NCBI GenBank assembly: GCA_965215195.1
Contig: CBDCDC010000002.1
Coordinates: 672,001 to 736,000 of the forward strand
DNA length: 64,000 bases
Origin: Candidatus Latescibacterota bacterium
GTDB taxonomy: Bacteria > Latescibacterota > UBA2968 > UBA8231
Direction: 5' to 3'
Part shown: positions 18,889 through 28,760 of the stretch, one piece after another
Layout of the letters: each line of letters opens with the position of its first letter
Numbering within the stretch: the stretch's first letter is position 1
The notes under the pieces: generated by a model
Databases searched by the model: none
Told to the model about the DNA's origin: nothing
The model's input: the letters and a program-made list of their open reading frames with translations, nothing else
Program-made: the position numbers and the translations under genes

Positions 18889-20388
18889 ATGTCGCGCAAC
18901 AGTCGCCCATACCTCTCATTGAGTTGGATCCTGCTTGCGGTCCTCCTGCTCCCAGCCGGACGCACACGGGCCGCGGACGATCTTCAGCGCATCCACCGCA
19001 TTGTCATCCACGGCCTCGAGCGCACTGACGAACAGATCATTCGCCGCGAATTGCTCTTCGCCGCAGGCGATGTCCTCGACTCCACCCGCGTTGCCGAGAC
19101 AGCGCGCAACCTGCGGCGCTTGTTTTTTATCGGCGAAGTACATATCCGCTTGCTCAACTGCCCCGATGGCGTCGAGGTGACGGTTTCGGTAGAGGAGCTC
19201 TACTCGCGTGCCTTATCCCCTTTGATCTCGGGACAAATCGACGAATTGAGCTTCGGGGTGATCGCGCTCGATTACAATTTTCGCGGGCGCGGCCAACGCC
19301 TGCGCTTGGGCCTCGAAGACCAAGCCATTTCCGGTCCTTGGGCCGAGTTGCTCTTGGCCGAGCCGCGGCTCGGCGGCACCCGGTGCGCCCTAGCAGCCCA
19401 CCTCGGCGCAGGGGCCGAAGGCCATGACCATGCCTTAACCCTCGCGCGGCCCTTTGCCACGCTGGCCGATCGCCGCGCCTATGGCTTTTCCCTGTCTAGT
19501 CAAAAGGCCGTGCGGCGTTTGTACTTAGAGGGCCGGTTAAAAATGCGCTACCAAGACGCGCTCGACAGCGGTCGCATCTGGCTGATCCGCTCCTATGGTG
19601 CGCAGACGAAGATACGTCCCTCAGTGCAATTGCGCGTCACTCGACGCCGCTTTACCGCGAGTTCGATGGGGCCAGCACCCTCCGACCGGACGCGGATCGT
19701 GCCGAGCGTGGGCCTCCTCGTGTGGCACCCCCGCTATAAGCGCACCCGCTACATGCGCGACTTAGGCCCGCTAGAAGACTTGCAAACGGGCAGTTGGCTG
19801 TCGCTGCATTGGGGCTTCGTCCATCGCGCATTGGGATCGGATCGGACCTTTTCCTTTTATCAAGCCCAACTGGCCCCCCGCTTCGAGCCTACCAAGCGCA
19901 GCTACGCCGAGCTGACCTTGTTCGCCAGCACGTACCGAGGCGAGGGGAAATTTTACAACCTCTTCGCCTCGGCATCCGCAACCGCGTACTGCCGCCTAAG
20001 AGTGGCTCACTCGCTCGCCTTGCGCACCTCTTGGGAAGTACTACACCGCAGCGAGGACGTCGCCCAGCTCCTCCTCGGCCTAGAGCGCGGCTTGCGCGGC
20101 TATGCCCCGCGGCGCTACGACGGCACTAGGCGCGTGCTCTTCAACCTAGAAGCGCGTCCGACTTGGGTTCGCCGGCCTTGGTACACCCTCGCCGGTGCCG
20201 CCTTTGTGGATTGCGGCGCGGCTTGGACACCCAACAGCAAAAAGGCAAATTTGGTCTGTTCCCCAGGCTTGGGCATTCGCTTAGGCTGGCCCAAGGTGTA
20301 CAACACGCCGGTATTTCGCGGCGATATCGCCTACGGATTAGACGAGAGTACTTATGTGTTATCCGTGGGATTGGGGCAGTACTTTTAG
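18889..20388 (+). CDS. Omp85/BamA-TamA-family outer-membrane protein (single POTRA)
   Basis: Signal peptide, POTRA (IHGLERTDEQIIRREL), LRGY motif and C-terminal GQYF. Confidence 0.85.
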   Translation: MSRNSRPYLSLSWILLAVLLLPAGRTRAADDLQRIHRIVIHGLERTDEQIIRRELLFAAGDVLDSTRVAETARNLRRLFFIGEVHIRLLNCPDGVEVTVSVEELYSRALSPLISGQIDELSFGVIALDYNFRGRGQRLRLGLEDQAISGPWAELLLAEPRLGGTRCALAAHLGAGAEGHDHALTLARPFATLADRRAYGFSLSSQKAVRRLYLEGRLKMRYQDALDSGRIWLIRSYGAQTKIRPSVQLRVTRRRFTASSMGPAPSDRTRIVPSVGLLVWHPRYKRTRYMRDLGPLEDLQTGSWLSLHWGFVHRALGSDRTFSFYQAQLAPRFEPTKRSYAELTLFASTYRGEGKFYNLFASASATAYCRLRVAHSLALRTSWEVLHRSEDVAQLLLGLERGLRGYAPRRYDGTRRVLFNLEARPTWVRRPWYTLAGAAFVDCGAAWTPNSKKANLVCSPGLGIRLGWPKVYNTPVFRGDIAYGLDESTYVLSVGLGQYF

Positions 20389-20452
20389 CTAGTGCGAACC
20401 TTTTGGCATACTTGGAGCGTTTATTAAAAAACCCAACGCAAAAGGAGGAGCT

Positions 20453-21508
20453 ATGAACGCCAAACTACTCATCCTGCTCGGCGCGGCCCTGTGTGTGCTT
20501 AGCACGCAAGTTAGTCGCGCCCAGAACCACGCCCAAGCGACGTTTGCCGGGGGGTGTTTCTGGTGCATCGAAGCGCCCTTTGACAAGGTCGAGGGGGTCG
20601 TCTCAGCCGTTTCTGGCTACACTGGCGGCGAGCGCGAAAATCCGACCTACAAGCAAGTCAGCTCCGGCGCGACCCAGCACATAGAGTCCGTCTTGGTCAC
20701 CTTTGACCCCGAGGTCGTCTCTTATAGCCAGCTTCTCGACCTCTACTGGCGTCAATTCGACCCCACGGACCGAGGGGGGTCCTTTTACGACCGCGGCCAT
20801 CAATATACCTCGGCCATATTTTACCACGACGAAGAGCAACGCGCCCTAGCCGCAGCCAGCAAACAGGCCCTCGACGCGTCGGGCCGCTTTGACAAACCCA
20901 TCGTCACGCCCATCCGCCCAGCCGCTACGTTTTATCAGGCCGAGGAATACCACCAAGACTACTATCTAAAGAATCCCCAGCACTACAAGCGCTATCGCCG
21001 GGGATCGGGCCGCGACCGCTTTATCGAAGAGACGTGGGGCAAAGACCTCCCGGTGCCAACGGCCAGCGTCCAATACGCCAAACCTCCCACCGACACCTTG
21101 CGCGCCAAACTCACGGACTTGCAATTTCAGGTCACGCAGGAAGACGCGACCGAGCGGCCCTTCCGCAACCTGTACTGGGATAACAAGGCAGCGGGCATCT
21201 ACGTCGATATCGTTTCGGGCGAACCCCTCTTTAGCTCGCAGCACAAGTTCAAATCCGGCACCGGCTGGCCCAGTTTTACCCAGCCCTTAGAGCCGGATCA
21301 CATCGTTGAGCACACCGACAATTCGCTGTTTATGACTCGCGTTGAGGTGCGCAGCAAATACGCCGACTCGCATCTCGGGCACGTCTTTGCGGACGGCCCG
21401 GCCCCCACCGGGCTGCGCTACTGCATCAACTCGGCTGCCCTGCGCTTTATTCCCGTCGAGGATTTAGCCAAGGAAGGCTATGGCGAATATGCCCCCCTCT
21501 TCAAGTAA
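20453..21508 (+). CDS. msrAB: Peptide methionine sulfoxide reductase MsrA/MsrB fusion (exported)
   Basis: [25 protein letters not shown] and RYCINS; signal peptide. Confidence 0.96.
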   Translation: MNAKLLILLGAALCVLSTQVSRAQNHAQATFAGGCFWCIEAPFDKVEGVVSAVSGYTGGERENPTYKQVSSGATQHIESVLVTFDPEVVSYSQLLDLYWRQFDPTDRGGSFYDRGHQYTSAIFYHDEEQRALAAASKQALDASGRFDKPIVTPIRPAATFYQAEEYHQDYYLKNPQHYKRYRRGSGRDRFIEETWGKDLPVPTASVQYAKPPTDTLRAKLTDLQFQVTQEDATERPFRNLYWDNKAAGIYVDIVSGEPLFSSQHKFKSGTGWPSFTQPLEPDHIVEHTDNSLFMTRVEVRSKYADSHLGHVFADGPAPTGLRYCINSAALRFIPVEDLAKEGYGEYAPLFK

Positions 21509-21703
21509 AGCGCGCATCAACCGCGCAGCCCGTTTGTGAGAGTTTCCGTGGCAGTATTGCTTTTAAGGCCGCTGTCGGTCGCGCCGTCCCTGATTGGGGC
21601 ACTCCTGAAGTCGGAAAGGCCCAGCGTCTTCCACAGATGAACTCTGCGGAATCCATCTACGACACACGCCACGCAAGCACCAGAGTATCCACGATCACTG
21701 TCG

Positions 21704-23299
21704 CTAGTCGGACTTGTTTGGAGTACTTCGATGAAGCGTTCGGCGATCTGGGCGAGACGCCGGCCGCAACAGGGCGGCGCGGAGACGTCTGAACGCCCGC
21801 CGCAGAACCGCGCGCCCGAGCCACCGGACGAACCACCAAGCCGCAACGGGACCGTCGACCCGCCGCCACCCGGCCCGCACAGAGTGCCAACCCTCTGCCC
21901 AGCGCGCTAGCGCGTCGCCGGCCGCCGGCCGCAGCTTCCGGGGCGGAATCGTCACCACCTCGCCGAAGTCGGAGGCCTCCCACGGCGTACGCGCCGCTCG
22001 ATGCAGCGCCCACGCCCGCGCGATCGACGCGCGGGAACCGTCGGGAAACACCGACCTCCCGATCACCGCAGTCCCCAGCTCGGCGTTCAGCTTGCGCACC
22101 ACGTCCGCGGGCAGCCGCCGCCCGGCGGGCAGCACGACGTGGAACGCGGATGCGGGGAACTCTTCCAATGCCGAGCGGGTCGGCGCCACCCGCACCCGCG
22201 GGTCCGGACCCAACTGGCGCTCCAGCCACTCCCGACCCGCATCGTCCCCACGCAACTCCACCCGCACCACCAGATCGTGCATCGGGCCGGACAGCACCTG
22301 CTCAACGGTCTCCAGCAGACGCTCCGCCGGCACGCCGTCCCCGCGCAGTGTCACCACGTACTGCGGCACCGTGAAGGTCCGCCCCGTCAGGCCGGTGCGG
22401 AACCCGCGGTGCGCGATCAGGTGGACGCACTTCGCCCGCTGCAGCTTCAGGCTCCGGTCCTTTTCCGCCCGTCCCTCCTCCCGGGGACCCTGGTGATAGG
22501 CAAACGCGTCCCGCACCGGCACCAGCAGCCCGCCCCGCGTATAGGCCCGGTAGGCCAACTCAGTGTCCTCCATGCCCCATTGCGTGAACGACTCGTCGAA
22601 TCCCCCCACCAGCTCGTAGAACTCCCGGCGGATGCCGAAATTCGCGCCCACTATGAACCTGAACGGATCATCCGCCTTCGACGTCAAATCGTCGGTTCTG
22701 CGCAGGTGGGATTCGACCCACGACGGATCCACTTTCCGTCCCTCGAACAGCTCCTGCAGGGTCCCCGGCCGCTTCCGGATCATCTCGCCGTCCACGCCGT
22801 CCACCGGCACATGAGCCCGCAGACCCAGCGTCACCGCGTCCGGAACCGCGTGATGCCAGCGCGCGTGCGCCGCTAGCCAGTCCGCCTCCGGCAACATGTC
22901 AGCGTCGAGAAACACCACGATGTCGTGCGCCGCCGTACGCACCCCGGTGTTGCGCGCCCGCGCCAGCCCGAAGCCCCGGTCCTCCTGCCGCACCACCTTC
23001 ACCTCCAGCGGCGTCGAGCGCGGCCACGCCAGCACCTCCGGCGAGCCGTCGTCGACCACCACCACCTCGAAGAGAGCCCGCGGATACGTCTGGCTCTCCA
23101 GCGCCGCCAGCGTTCGCGCCAGCACCTCCGGCTGCGCGTAGTACGGCACGACCACGCTCACCGGCAGCACCGGCGTGAACGCCTCAAGGACGGGCACCGA
23201 CACCCGCCGATAGTCGTTGTACCAGACAAGCTGCGATTGCGGGGCACCGTGCTGCACTTCAACCATCACGTGAGATCTTCCACTACACCGTCTAGCCAT
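21704..23299 (-). CDS. Family 2 glycosyltransferase (start uncertain)
   Basis: VSVVVP, VVVDDGS, ARARNTG, FLDADM and GGFDESFTQWGMEDTEL. Confidence 0.88.
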   Translation of the reverse strand: MARRCSGRSHVMVEVQHGAPQSQLVWYNDYRRVSVPVLEAFTPVLPVSVVVPYYAQPEVLARTLAALESQTYPRALFEVVVVDDGSPEVLAWPRSTPLEVKVVRQEDRGFGLARARNTGVRTAAHDIVVFLDADMLPEADWLAAHARWHHAVPDAVTLGLRAHVPVDGVDGEMIRKRPGTLQELFEGRKVDPSWVESHLRRTDDLTSKADDPFRFIVGANFGIRREFYELVGGFDESFTQWGMEDTELAYRAYTRGGLLVPVRDAFAYHQGPREEGRAEKDRSLKLQRAKCVHLIAHRGFRTGLTGRTFTVPQYVVTLRGDGVPAERLLETVEQVLSGPMHDLVVRVELRGDDAGREWLERQLGPDPRVRVAPTRSALEEFPASAFHVVLPAGRRLPADVVRKLNAELGTAVIGRSVFPDGSRASIARAWALHRAARTPWEASDFGEVVTIPPRKLRPAAGDALARWAEGWHSVRAGWRRVDGPVAAWWFVRWLGRAVLRRAFRRLRAALLRPASRPDRRTLHRSTPNKSD

Positions 23300-23387
23300 T
23301 GAGGCGTACAGACGAATCCCTCGCGGCGAAATCCAGCCCTACGACGTCCCCGCCGACAGCAACATGGTTTCCGTTTATACGTAGGAG

Positions 23388-23475
23388 CTATCCCCCCGGC
23401 CTCCTTGCCGCGTCGGCAAGGAGGAGCAGTCGCCGTTTCCCCCTTCCTGAGAGGAAGGGGGGCTAGGGGGGTAGG
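23388..23475. repeat. REP-like double-hairpin element
   Basis: CTCCTTGCCG-cgt-CGGCAAGGAG and CCCCCTTCCT-gag-AGGAAGGGGG, enclosed by C-rich and G-rich arms. Confidence 0.6.
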
Positions 23476-23625
23476 TTGATGAGCGCTAGAGCTTAGTGTC
23501 CGAGAAGAATTTTGAGGGGGGGTAAATCATTGTTTTTTAATGACTTATGGCAATAAAATTCGACAGTATTTTCAAGCGTAGAACGAGGCGCAGCCATCGC
23601 AGCAAGTGCCGCTCCCTGCGGCAGA

Positions 23626-23681
23626 AATGCAAACGACCAGACAACCTCCCCCAGCATCGGGAGCGGTTTGTCCGGTCGTTG
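23626..23681 (-). terminator. Long hairpin/terminator after tRNA-Asn
   Basis: AACGACCaGACAA...TTGTCcGGTCGTT inverted repeat immediately 3' of the tRNA. Confidence 0.6.
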
Positions 23682-23687
23682 TCTAAG

Positions 23688-23763
23688 TGGCTCCGCGGGT
23701 AGGATTCGAACCTACGACCAAGTGGTTAACAGCCACCCGCTCTGCCAGCTGAGCTACCGCGGA
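23688..23763 (-). tRNA. tRNA-Asn(GTT)
   Basis: Cloverleaf with TCCGCGG acceptor stem, anticodon loop CT-GTT-AA, TTCGAAT T-loop and encoded CCA; 76 nt. Confidence 0.97.
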
Positions 23764-23863
23764 ATGAACAAATATATTAACGAAAAATCGGGCAAAAATC
23801 AAATAAGGCCAAGACGCCAGCGGCCCTATGCGCCCATTTTTCTCACTCCGCAGCAGCGGACGA

Positions 23864-24709
23864 TTAATCCGCGTAGTACTCCTTGAGGGAGTCGCAGCGA
23901 GCGGGATGGCGGAGCTTCTGCAGGGCCTTTTCTTTGATTTGCCGCACCCGCTCCCGAGTGCGCCCGACGTAGGCCCCGATCTTCTCCAAGGTCATCGGCT
24001 CGTGCCCATCCAATCCGTAATACATCTTCAAGACGCGCGCCTCGCCCTCGCTCAGAGAGTGCATGGCGTTGAAAATCTCCGCTTTGAGCTCGTCGCTGGA
24101 GAGGAGCTCGTCGCTGGAAGGCTGGCTGTAATCGGGAATCAGATCGCCGAAACAGCGATCCGGCTCGGATTCATCGCAGGGCATCTCCAGCGAAACTGGT
24201 CTTTGGGCCAACCGCAATAGGAGATCCATGTCGCCGGGTTCGAGATCTAGCTCTTCGGCTATTTCCTCTACTTCCGGGGGACGCCCCAGCCCCTGTTCGA
24301 GCTTGTTGAGCACCCTGTTGACGCGAGTCAACTCGCCGATGCGATTCAGTGGCAACCGCACGATGCGCGACTGATTCGCCAATGCTTGCAGAATCGACTG
24401 GCGGATCCACCACACGGCATAAGAAATGAATTTGAAGCCTTTGGTGCCGTCAAAGCGCTTGGCGGCGATAATAAGCCCCAAGTTCCCCTCGTTGATCAAG
24501 TCCGAAAGCGGCAAGCCCAAATTCTGATACTGCTTCGCCACACTTACGACAAAGCGCAAGTTAGCTTTGACCAGATCGGATAGTGCCTCTTCATCGCCCT
24601 CTTTTATTTGCTGGGCAATGGCCACTTCAGCCTCGGACGATAGCCCGACAGCATCCTCAATCTCGTGGAAATACTGATCTACGATAGAATCGGTCTGCAA
24701 GGTAGTCAT
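23864..24709 (-). CDS. Sigma-70-family RNA polymerase sigma factor (RpoD/RpoS-like, no region 1.1)
   Basis: ANLRFVVSVAKQY, DLINEGNLGL, FISYAVWWIRQ and TLEKIG...TRERVRQIKEKAL. Confidence 0.93.
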   Translation of the reverse strand: MTTLQTDSIVDQYFHEIEDAVGLSSEAEVAIAQQIKEGDEEALSDLVKANLRFVVSVAKQYQNLGLPLSDLINEGNLGLIIAAKRFDGTKGFKFISYAVWWIRQSILQALANQSRIVRLPLNRIGELTRVNRVLNKLEQGLGRPPEVEEIAEELDLEPGDMDLLLRLAQRPVSLEMPCDESEPDRCFGDLIPDYSQPSSDELLSSDELKAEIFNAMHSLSEGEARVLKMYYGLDGHEPMTLEKIGAYVGRTRERVRQIKEKALQKLRHPARCDSLKEYYAD

Positions 24710-25027
24710 AACTTGACGCCTCCTGTTGCTAATGAGCCAGCATGGGGACTCGTGGCTGCATTAAGCTATGATGGTACCTAATATCGCAGGGAGTTTCGGA
24801 TGCGGGGGGGAATACATCCGAAAGCAAAGCGGTTTTGATTTTGAATAAACCGAATAGAAGAGGATTCAATTAATATAGGGTCTGAATATTATATAATCAA
24901 CTGTTTTTTTATTTACTTACTGACGTTACGCAGCTTACCGGAAAATGCTTCATTTACCCCAATCTCTTGTACATCCCGTTTCAAGTGAATTACAAGATAT
25001 AGAGTAGCTTAACTGTTTGTGTTTGGC

Positions 25028-26470
25028 TTAATCCATGCCGATGGCTTCTTTGGCCAGCCGGAGACAGCGCTCGACATCGTAATCGCGCAGAATGGTAATT
25101 TTCTGGGTTTCCAACGAGCCTTCGGCGTGAATGGCCAGCAGTTCGTTATAACCACCAAAAGTTGAAGCCGTCAGGTCGCGTACCAAGTTGATCGCCTTCA
25201 GCCGCGCCTCGGCATCGACGCCGCTCCCACCACCCAAGAAGTGTTCGATATAGCCCTTAGTCTCGGGATTGGCCAAGTCCTCTTCCGACGGCCCGGTGAC
25301 CACCAGTCCTCCGGCGATGTCCTGGACCCAAGACGCGGCTTGGTGATAGTTATTGGCAAAGTGGAATTTAGCCAAGTTGGTGAAGACGATATTGGGCACA
25401 GCCGTACCGTTTGCCGCGATGCGGCAATCGTGGGCCGCGGCCAGGGTCAGTCCTCGGACGGTCTCGGCATAGGTGATGAGCCGGGTCAGTTTCTCGCGCA
25501 CGTGGCCGGCCTTGGCGATGCCGTTGTACTGGGCTAGGAGCGCCGCCGCCCCAATAAAGAGGTCGCACAGCGGCGGTTTGTACGAGGCGGCCGTAAAGCG
25601 GTGAAATTCCACGAAGGCGTTGGCCAGCGGCCCGGCGTATTGCCACTCCCCTTTGAGGAAGACGCGCTCGTGGGGAATAAAGACATCGTCGAAGATGGTC
25701 AGCGTGTCGATCATGCGGTGCTCGGAGCTGACCGGGTGGTGGAACTTGCTCACCGGAGGCGAGCCAAAGGGGCTGGCAATTAGCTTGATCCCCGGGGTAT
25801 TGACCGGTGCGGCAAAGGCAACGGCATAGGCCGCGTCCGCAGCCTTGAGCGCACGAGTCGGCAAGACGATGAGTTCATCGACGTACGGGGCGCATGTCGT
25901 ATGGGCCTTGGCCCCGCGCACCACGACTCCATCGCTCCGCTCCTCGACAATGTGGACGTAGTAATCGGGGTGCGCTTGCTGCGAGGGCAAGAGGCTGCGG
26001 TCACCCTTTACGTCGGTTTGGGCCACGGCCAAGCTCAGGTCGCGCTGCTTGCACTCGCGGTGAAAGGCTTGTACGCGTGCGTTGTATTGTCCACCGGCAT
26101 TTTTGTCCAAATGGTCGGAAACCAAGTCGAGGGCGAAGAGTGCATCGGTGCCAATTTCCTTGATTAGCAATACCACGCTGCTGCCCAGCCGCGTCGAACG
26201 CTCAATCATCTCGCGTCGGTTGAGCAAATCTTCGGCCTCCGTCGGCGTCTTAAAGTAGCGACTGACCGGTTCGCCCAGCTCTCCATCGCTCCAAGTCATC
26301 AGGTCGCGGTGCGCCGGGTCCTCGGCCAGTTCAAAGTCCAAGGCGACGTGATTCACCCCAATCCCTAAGTCGTCGTGCGCGGTTACATCCTCAACCCGCT
26401 CTCCCCGATGGTACACCTCGCGCCCGTCGCGCAAGCCCTCTCTAAATTCGGCCGCACTACGCAAGCCCAT
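25028..26470 (-). CDS. 4-hydroxybutyryl-CoA dehydratase / 4-hydroxyphenylacetate 3-hydroxylase family flavoprotein
   Basis: AQTDVKGDRS, GVVVRGAKAHTT, IFDDVFIPHERVFL and DIAGG; the Fe-S cysteines are absent. Confidence 0.88.
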   Translation of the reverse strand: MGLRSAAEFREGLRDGREVYHRGERVEDVTAHDDLGIGVNHVALDFELAEDPAHRDLMTWSDGELGEPVSRYFKTPTEAEDLLNRREMIERSTRLGSSVVLLIKEIGTDALFALDLVSDHLDKNAGGQYNARVQAFHRECKQRDLSLAVAQTDVKGDRSLLPSQQAHPDYYVHIVEERSDGVVVRGAKAHTTCAPYVDELIVLPTRALKAADAAYAVAFAAPVNTPGIKLIASPFGSPPVSKFHHPVSSEHRMIDTLTIFDDVFIPHERVFLKGEWQYAGPLANAFVEFHRFTAASYKPPLCDLFIGAAALLAQYNGIAKAGHVREKLTRLITYAETVRGLTLAAAHDCRIAANGTAVPNIVFTNLAKFHFANNYHQAASWVQDIAGGLVVTGPSEEDLANPETKGYIEHFLGGGSGVDAEARLKAINLVRDLTASTFGGYNELLAIHAEGSLETQKITILRDYDVERCLRLAKEAIGMD

Positions 26471-26486
26471 AAGGCCCTTTTCCCTT

Positions 26487-28760
26487 TCAATTTCTCAGTG
26501 GTTTACCCGTGTGCAGCATGTGCGCAATGCGCTGTCGCGTGCGCTCGGTGCCGCATAGTTGCAGAAAGACCTCGCGTTCCAAATTAAGCAAGTGGCGCAC
26601 CCCTACTTTCCGGCGCGCCCCACCACCTCCCGTAAGCACCCGCGCCAGCCCGCGTCCTACGACCGCGTCGTGCTCGCTGAGCTGCCCAGCAGCCCGGCCT
26701 TCATCTAGGCGCTCGTGCAAAAGCGCCAGCCCTTCGTCTCCAGTGACCTCTACTCCATCCGGCGCATCAGCGCAGTAGCCGGCGGCGAGCAGGCTGCGCA
26801 ATTTGGCTGCGGCCCGCTTTAGGAGTTGGCCTTCGGCAAAGGCAATCTCGTCCTCAGTGCCGAGGAGGCCCCACGCTCGGGCTTGGAAGGCGTTGTCGCT
26901 GAAGTTCCCGGTAAAAATCGTCTCAAACGCGGATGCTATATCGCTTGCTCCCCTCCGCGCCATCTCCATACAGCCGCCGCTGCCGGGGATCAGGCCGACC
27001 TTGGTCTCCACCAAGCCCATGCCTAGTTCAGCCGTCGCCACGCGTGCATTGGCCCCCAAGGCAAACTCGCACCCGCCTCCCAGCACCAAGCCGCGAAGGG
27101 CCGCGACGACCGGAAAAGGCGCGTAGCACAGCGCTTGCACGGCCTCTTGAAAGGCCGCGACAAACGCCTCCAGACCCGGCCAATCGCTCTCATCGACGAG
27201 CTTGGCCACGTGCTTCAAGTCGGCACCGACCGAGAACAAGCGGCCAGATCCGGCGAGCACCAAGCCGGCAAAGGGGGCCGTATCCACCGCACGATGGACA
27301 GCTTCCAGCGCCGCTGGCCCCAAGGCGTTCATCTTGCCGCTGAAAACCAGTGCCCCCAGTCCATCGTCCAACTCGACCAAGTACGCCCCAGCATTGGACC
27401 AGATGGCTCGCTCGGCAGCTAGCTTATCCCAATCGTCTGCTGGCGGTTGCCAGCTTTCGCGCCGCAACCGGGTCGGCGAGAACGCGCCCTGCTCTCCGTA
27501 GAAATGCGTTTCACCTGCGGTGAGCAATTGGGCCGCGAGATCGGGTACGCGCTGTTGGTGGGCTTCCAGAGCACTGACGACTTCTTCGACGCCGAAGAGA
27601 TCCCACAACTCAAAAGGCCCTAGCGCCCAGTTAAATCCCCAACGCATAGCCTGATCGATTTGGACGATATCACCAGCTATGTCGGCGGCGTGCTCGGCGG
27701 CGTAGGCTAGCACAGCCGTGAGATGCGCCCTCCCTAGCTGGCCCCACGCGCCTGGATCCTCCCATAAGGCGCGGAGGCGGCGCACTGGGGAACGCTCGCT
27801 CAATGCCGATTCCAAGGTCTTTACCTTTTGCACGGGTCGGTACGCGAAGGTCTCCAAGTCGAGGGCCTCGATGCCCGCCTCGGCCTTGCGGTAGAACCCG
27901 GCATTGACCTTGGCCCCGAGCAAATTCTCCTCCAACATTCGCCGATAAAATGCCGGCAGAGCAAAAAGCGACCGCCACGGATCCGCCGGCAACCCCTCGT
28001 AGCTGGTCTCGGCCACATGTGCGACCGTGTCCAAGCCCACGATGTCGCAAACGCGCAAGGTCGCGCTTGGGGGCCGCCCCATCAGGGGGCCGGTCAGCGC
28101 GTCAACTTCGGCCACGTCCAACCCGTTCCGCTCCATCCTCTGCAACATGTCGCAGACCGCGAAAATCCACAGGCGATTGCCGATGAAATTAGGCGTATCC
28201 CGGCTACAGACCACGCCCTTGCCCAACTCCCCAGTGAGGAAATCCCCCATCTGCTGGACGATGGCCGGCTCGGTGTCAGGCCCGGGTATGACTTCGACCA
28301 GCTTCATGTAGCGCGGCGGATTAAAGAAATGCACCCCGAGGAAGCGGCGGCTAAACTCCGGCGACCGGCCGCGAGCCAACTCGGCGATAGATAGCCCCGA
28401 GGTATTGCTGCTAATGACCAATCCGTCGTGCAGGTACGGCTCCAGCCGAGCCAGCAACGCCCGCTTGGGCGCGTGCGCTTCTACTACGGCTTCAATAACC
28501 CAATCGGCCGCTCCAACGCAGGCTAGATCCTCCATGCTCCCCAGCTCAATGCGTTGGGCCATCTCCGCTAGATAGAAAGCGGGAGGCCGGCTCGCGAGGG
28601 CCTTCTCCAGCCCCTGACGTGCGCGGCCCGCCTCATCGCCGGCCAGCGGCAAGTCGAGGAGGCGCACCTTGTGGCCCGCACAGGCGAGCAGAGCCGCGAT
28701 TTGCCCTCCCATGACCCCGGCACCGAGTACCACTACATTTTTCACGTTTTCATTCGCCAT
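26487..28760 (-). CDS. 3-hydroxyacyl-CoA dehydrogenase/enoyl-CoA hydratase fusion (FadN-type)
   Basis: GAGVMG, EAVVE, SNTSGL, HFFNPPRY and C-terminal crotonase (FSVGADL, LGGGCE, VGLIPGSGG). Confidence 0.92.
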   Translation of the reverse strand: MANENVKNVVVLGAGVMGGQIAALLACAGHKVRLLDLPLAGDEAGRARQGLEKALASRPPAFYLAEMAQRIELGSMEDLACVGAADWVIEAVVEAHAPKRALLARLEPYLHDGLVISSNTSGLSIAELARGRSPEFSRRFLGVHFFNPPRYMKLVEVIPGPDTEPAIVQQMGDFLTGELGKGVVCSRDTPNFIGNRLWIFAVCDMLQRMERNGLDVAEVDALTGPLMGRPPSATLRVCDIVGLDTVAHVAETSYEGLPADPWRSLFALPAFYRRMLEENLLGAKVNAGFYRKAEAGIEALDLETFAYRPVQKVKTLESALSERSPVRRLRALWEDPGAWGQLGRAHLTAVLAYAAEHAADIAGDIVQIDQAMRWGFNWALGPFELWDLFGVEEVVSALEAHQQRVPDLAAQLLTAGETHFYGEQGAFSPTRLRRESWQPPADDWDKLAAERAIWSNAGAYLVELDDGLGALVFSGKMNALGPAALEAVHRAVDTAPFAGLVLAGSGRLFSVGADLKHVAKLVDESDWPGLEAFVAAFQEAVQALCYAPFPVVAALRGLVLGGGCEFALGANARVATAELGMGLVETKVGLIPGSGGCMEMARRGASDIASAFETIFTGNFSDNAFQARAWGLLGTEDEIAFAEGQLLKRAAAKLRSLLAAGYCADAPDGVEVTGDEGLALLHERLDEGRAAGQLSEHDAVVGRGLARVLTGGGGARRKVGVRHLLNLEREVFLQLCGTERTRQRIAHMLHTGKPLRN

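Noticed and set aside
20453-21508. Selenocysteine recoding in redox genes (msrAB, peroxiredoxin)
   Set aside because: The catalytic positions are ordinary Cys codons in uninterrupted frames.
21510-21703. Possible att-site duplication of the tRNA-Asn 3' end
   Set aside because: No copy of the tRNA end is visible and there is no integrase.
23477-23520. TAGAGC...GTGTCCGAGAAG, resembling an IS/MITE end
   Set aside because: No matching inverted partner or transposase was seen.
24860-24910. dif site or replication origin in the AT-rich tract
   Set aside because: No XerD arm (TTATGTTAAAT) or DnaA-box cluster is recognisable.
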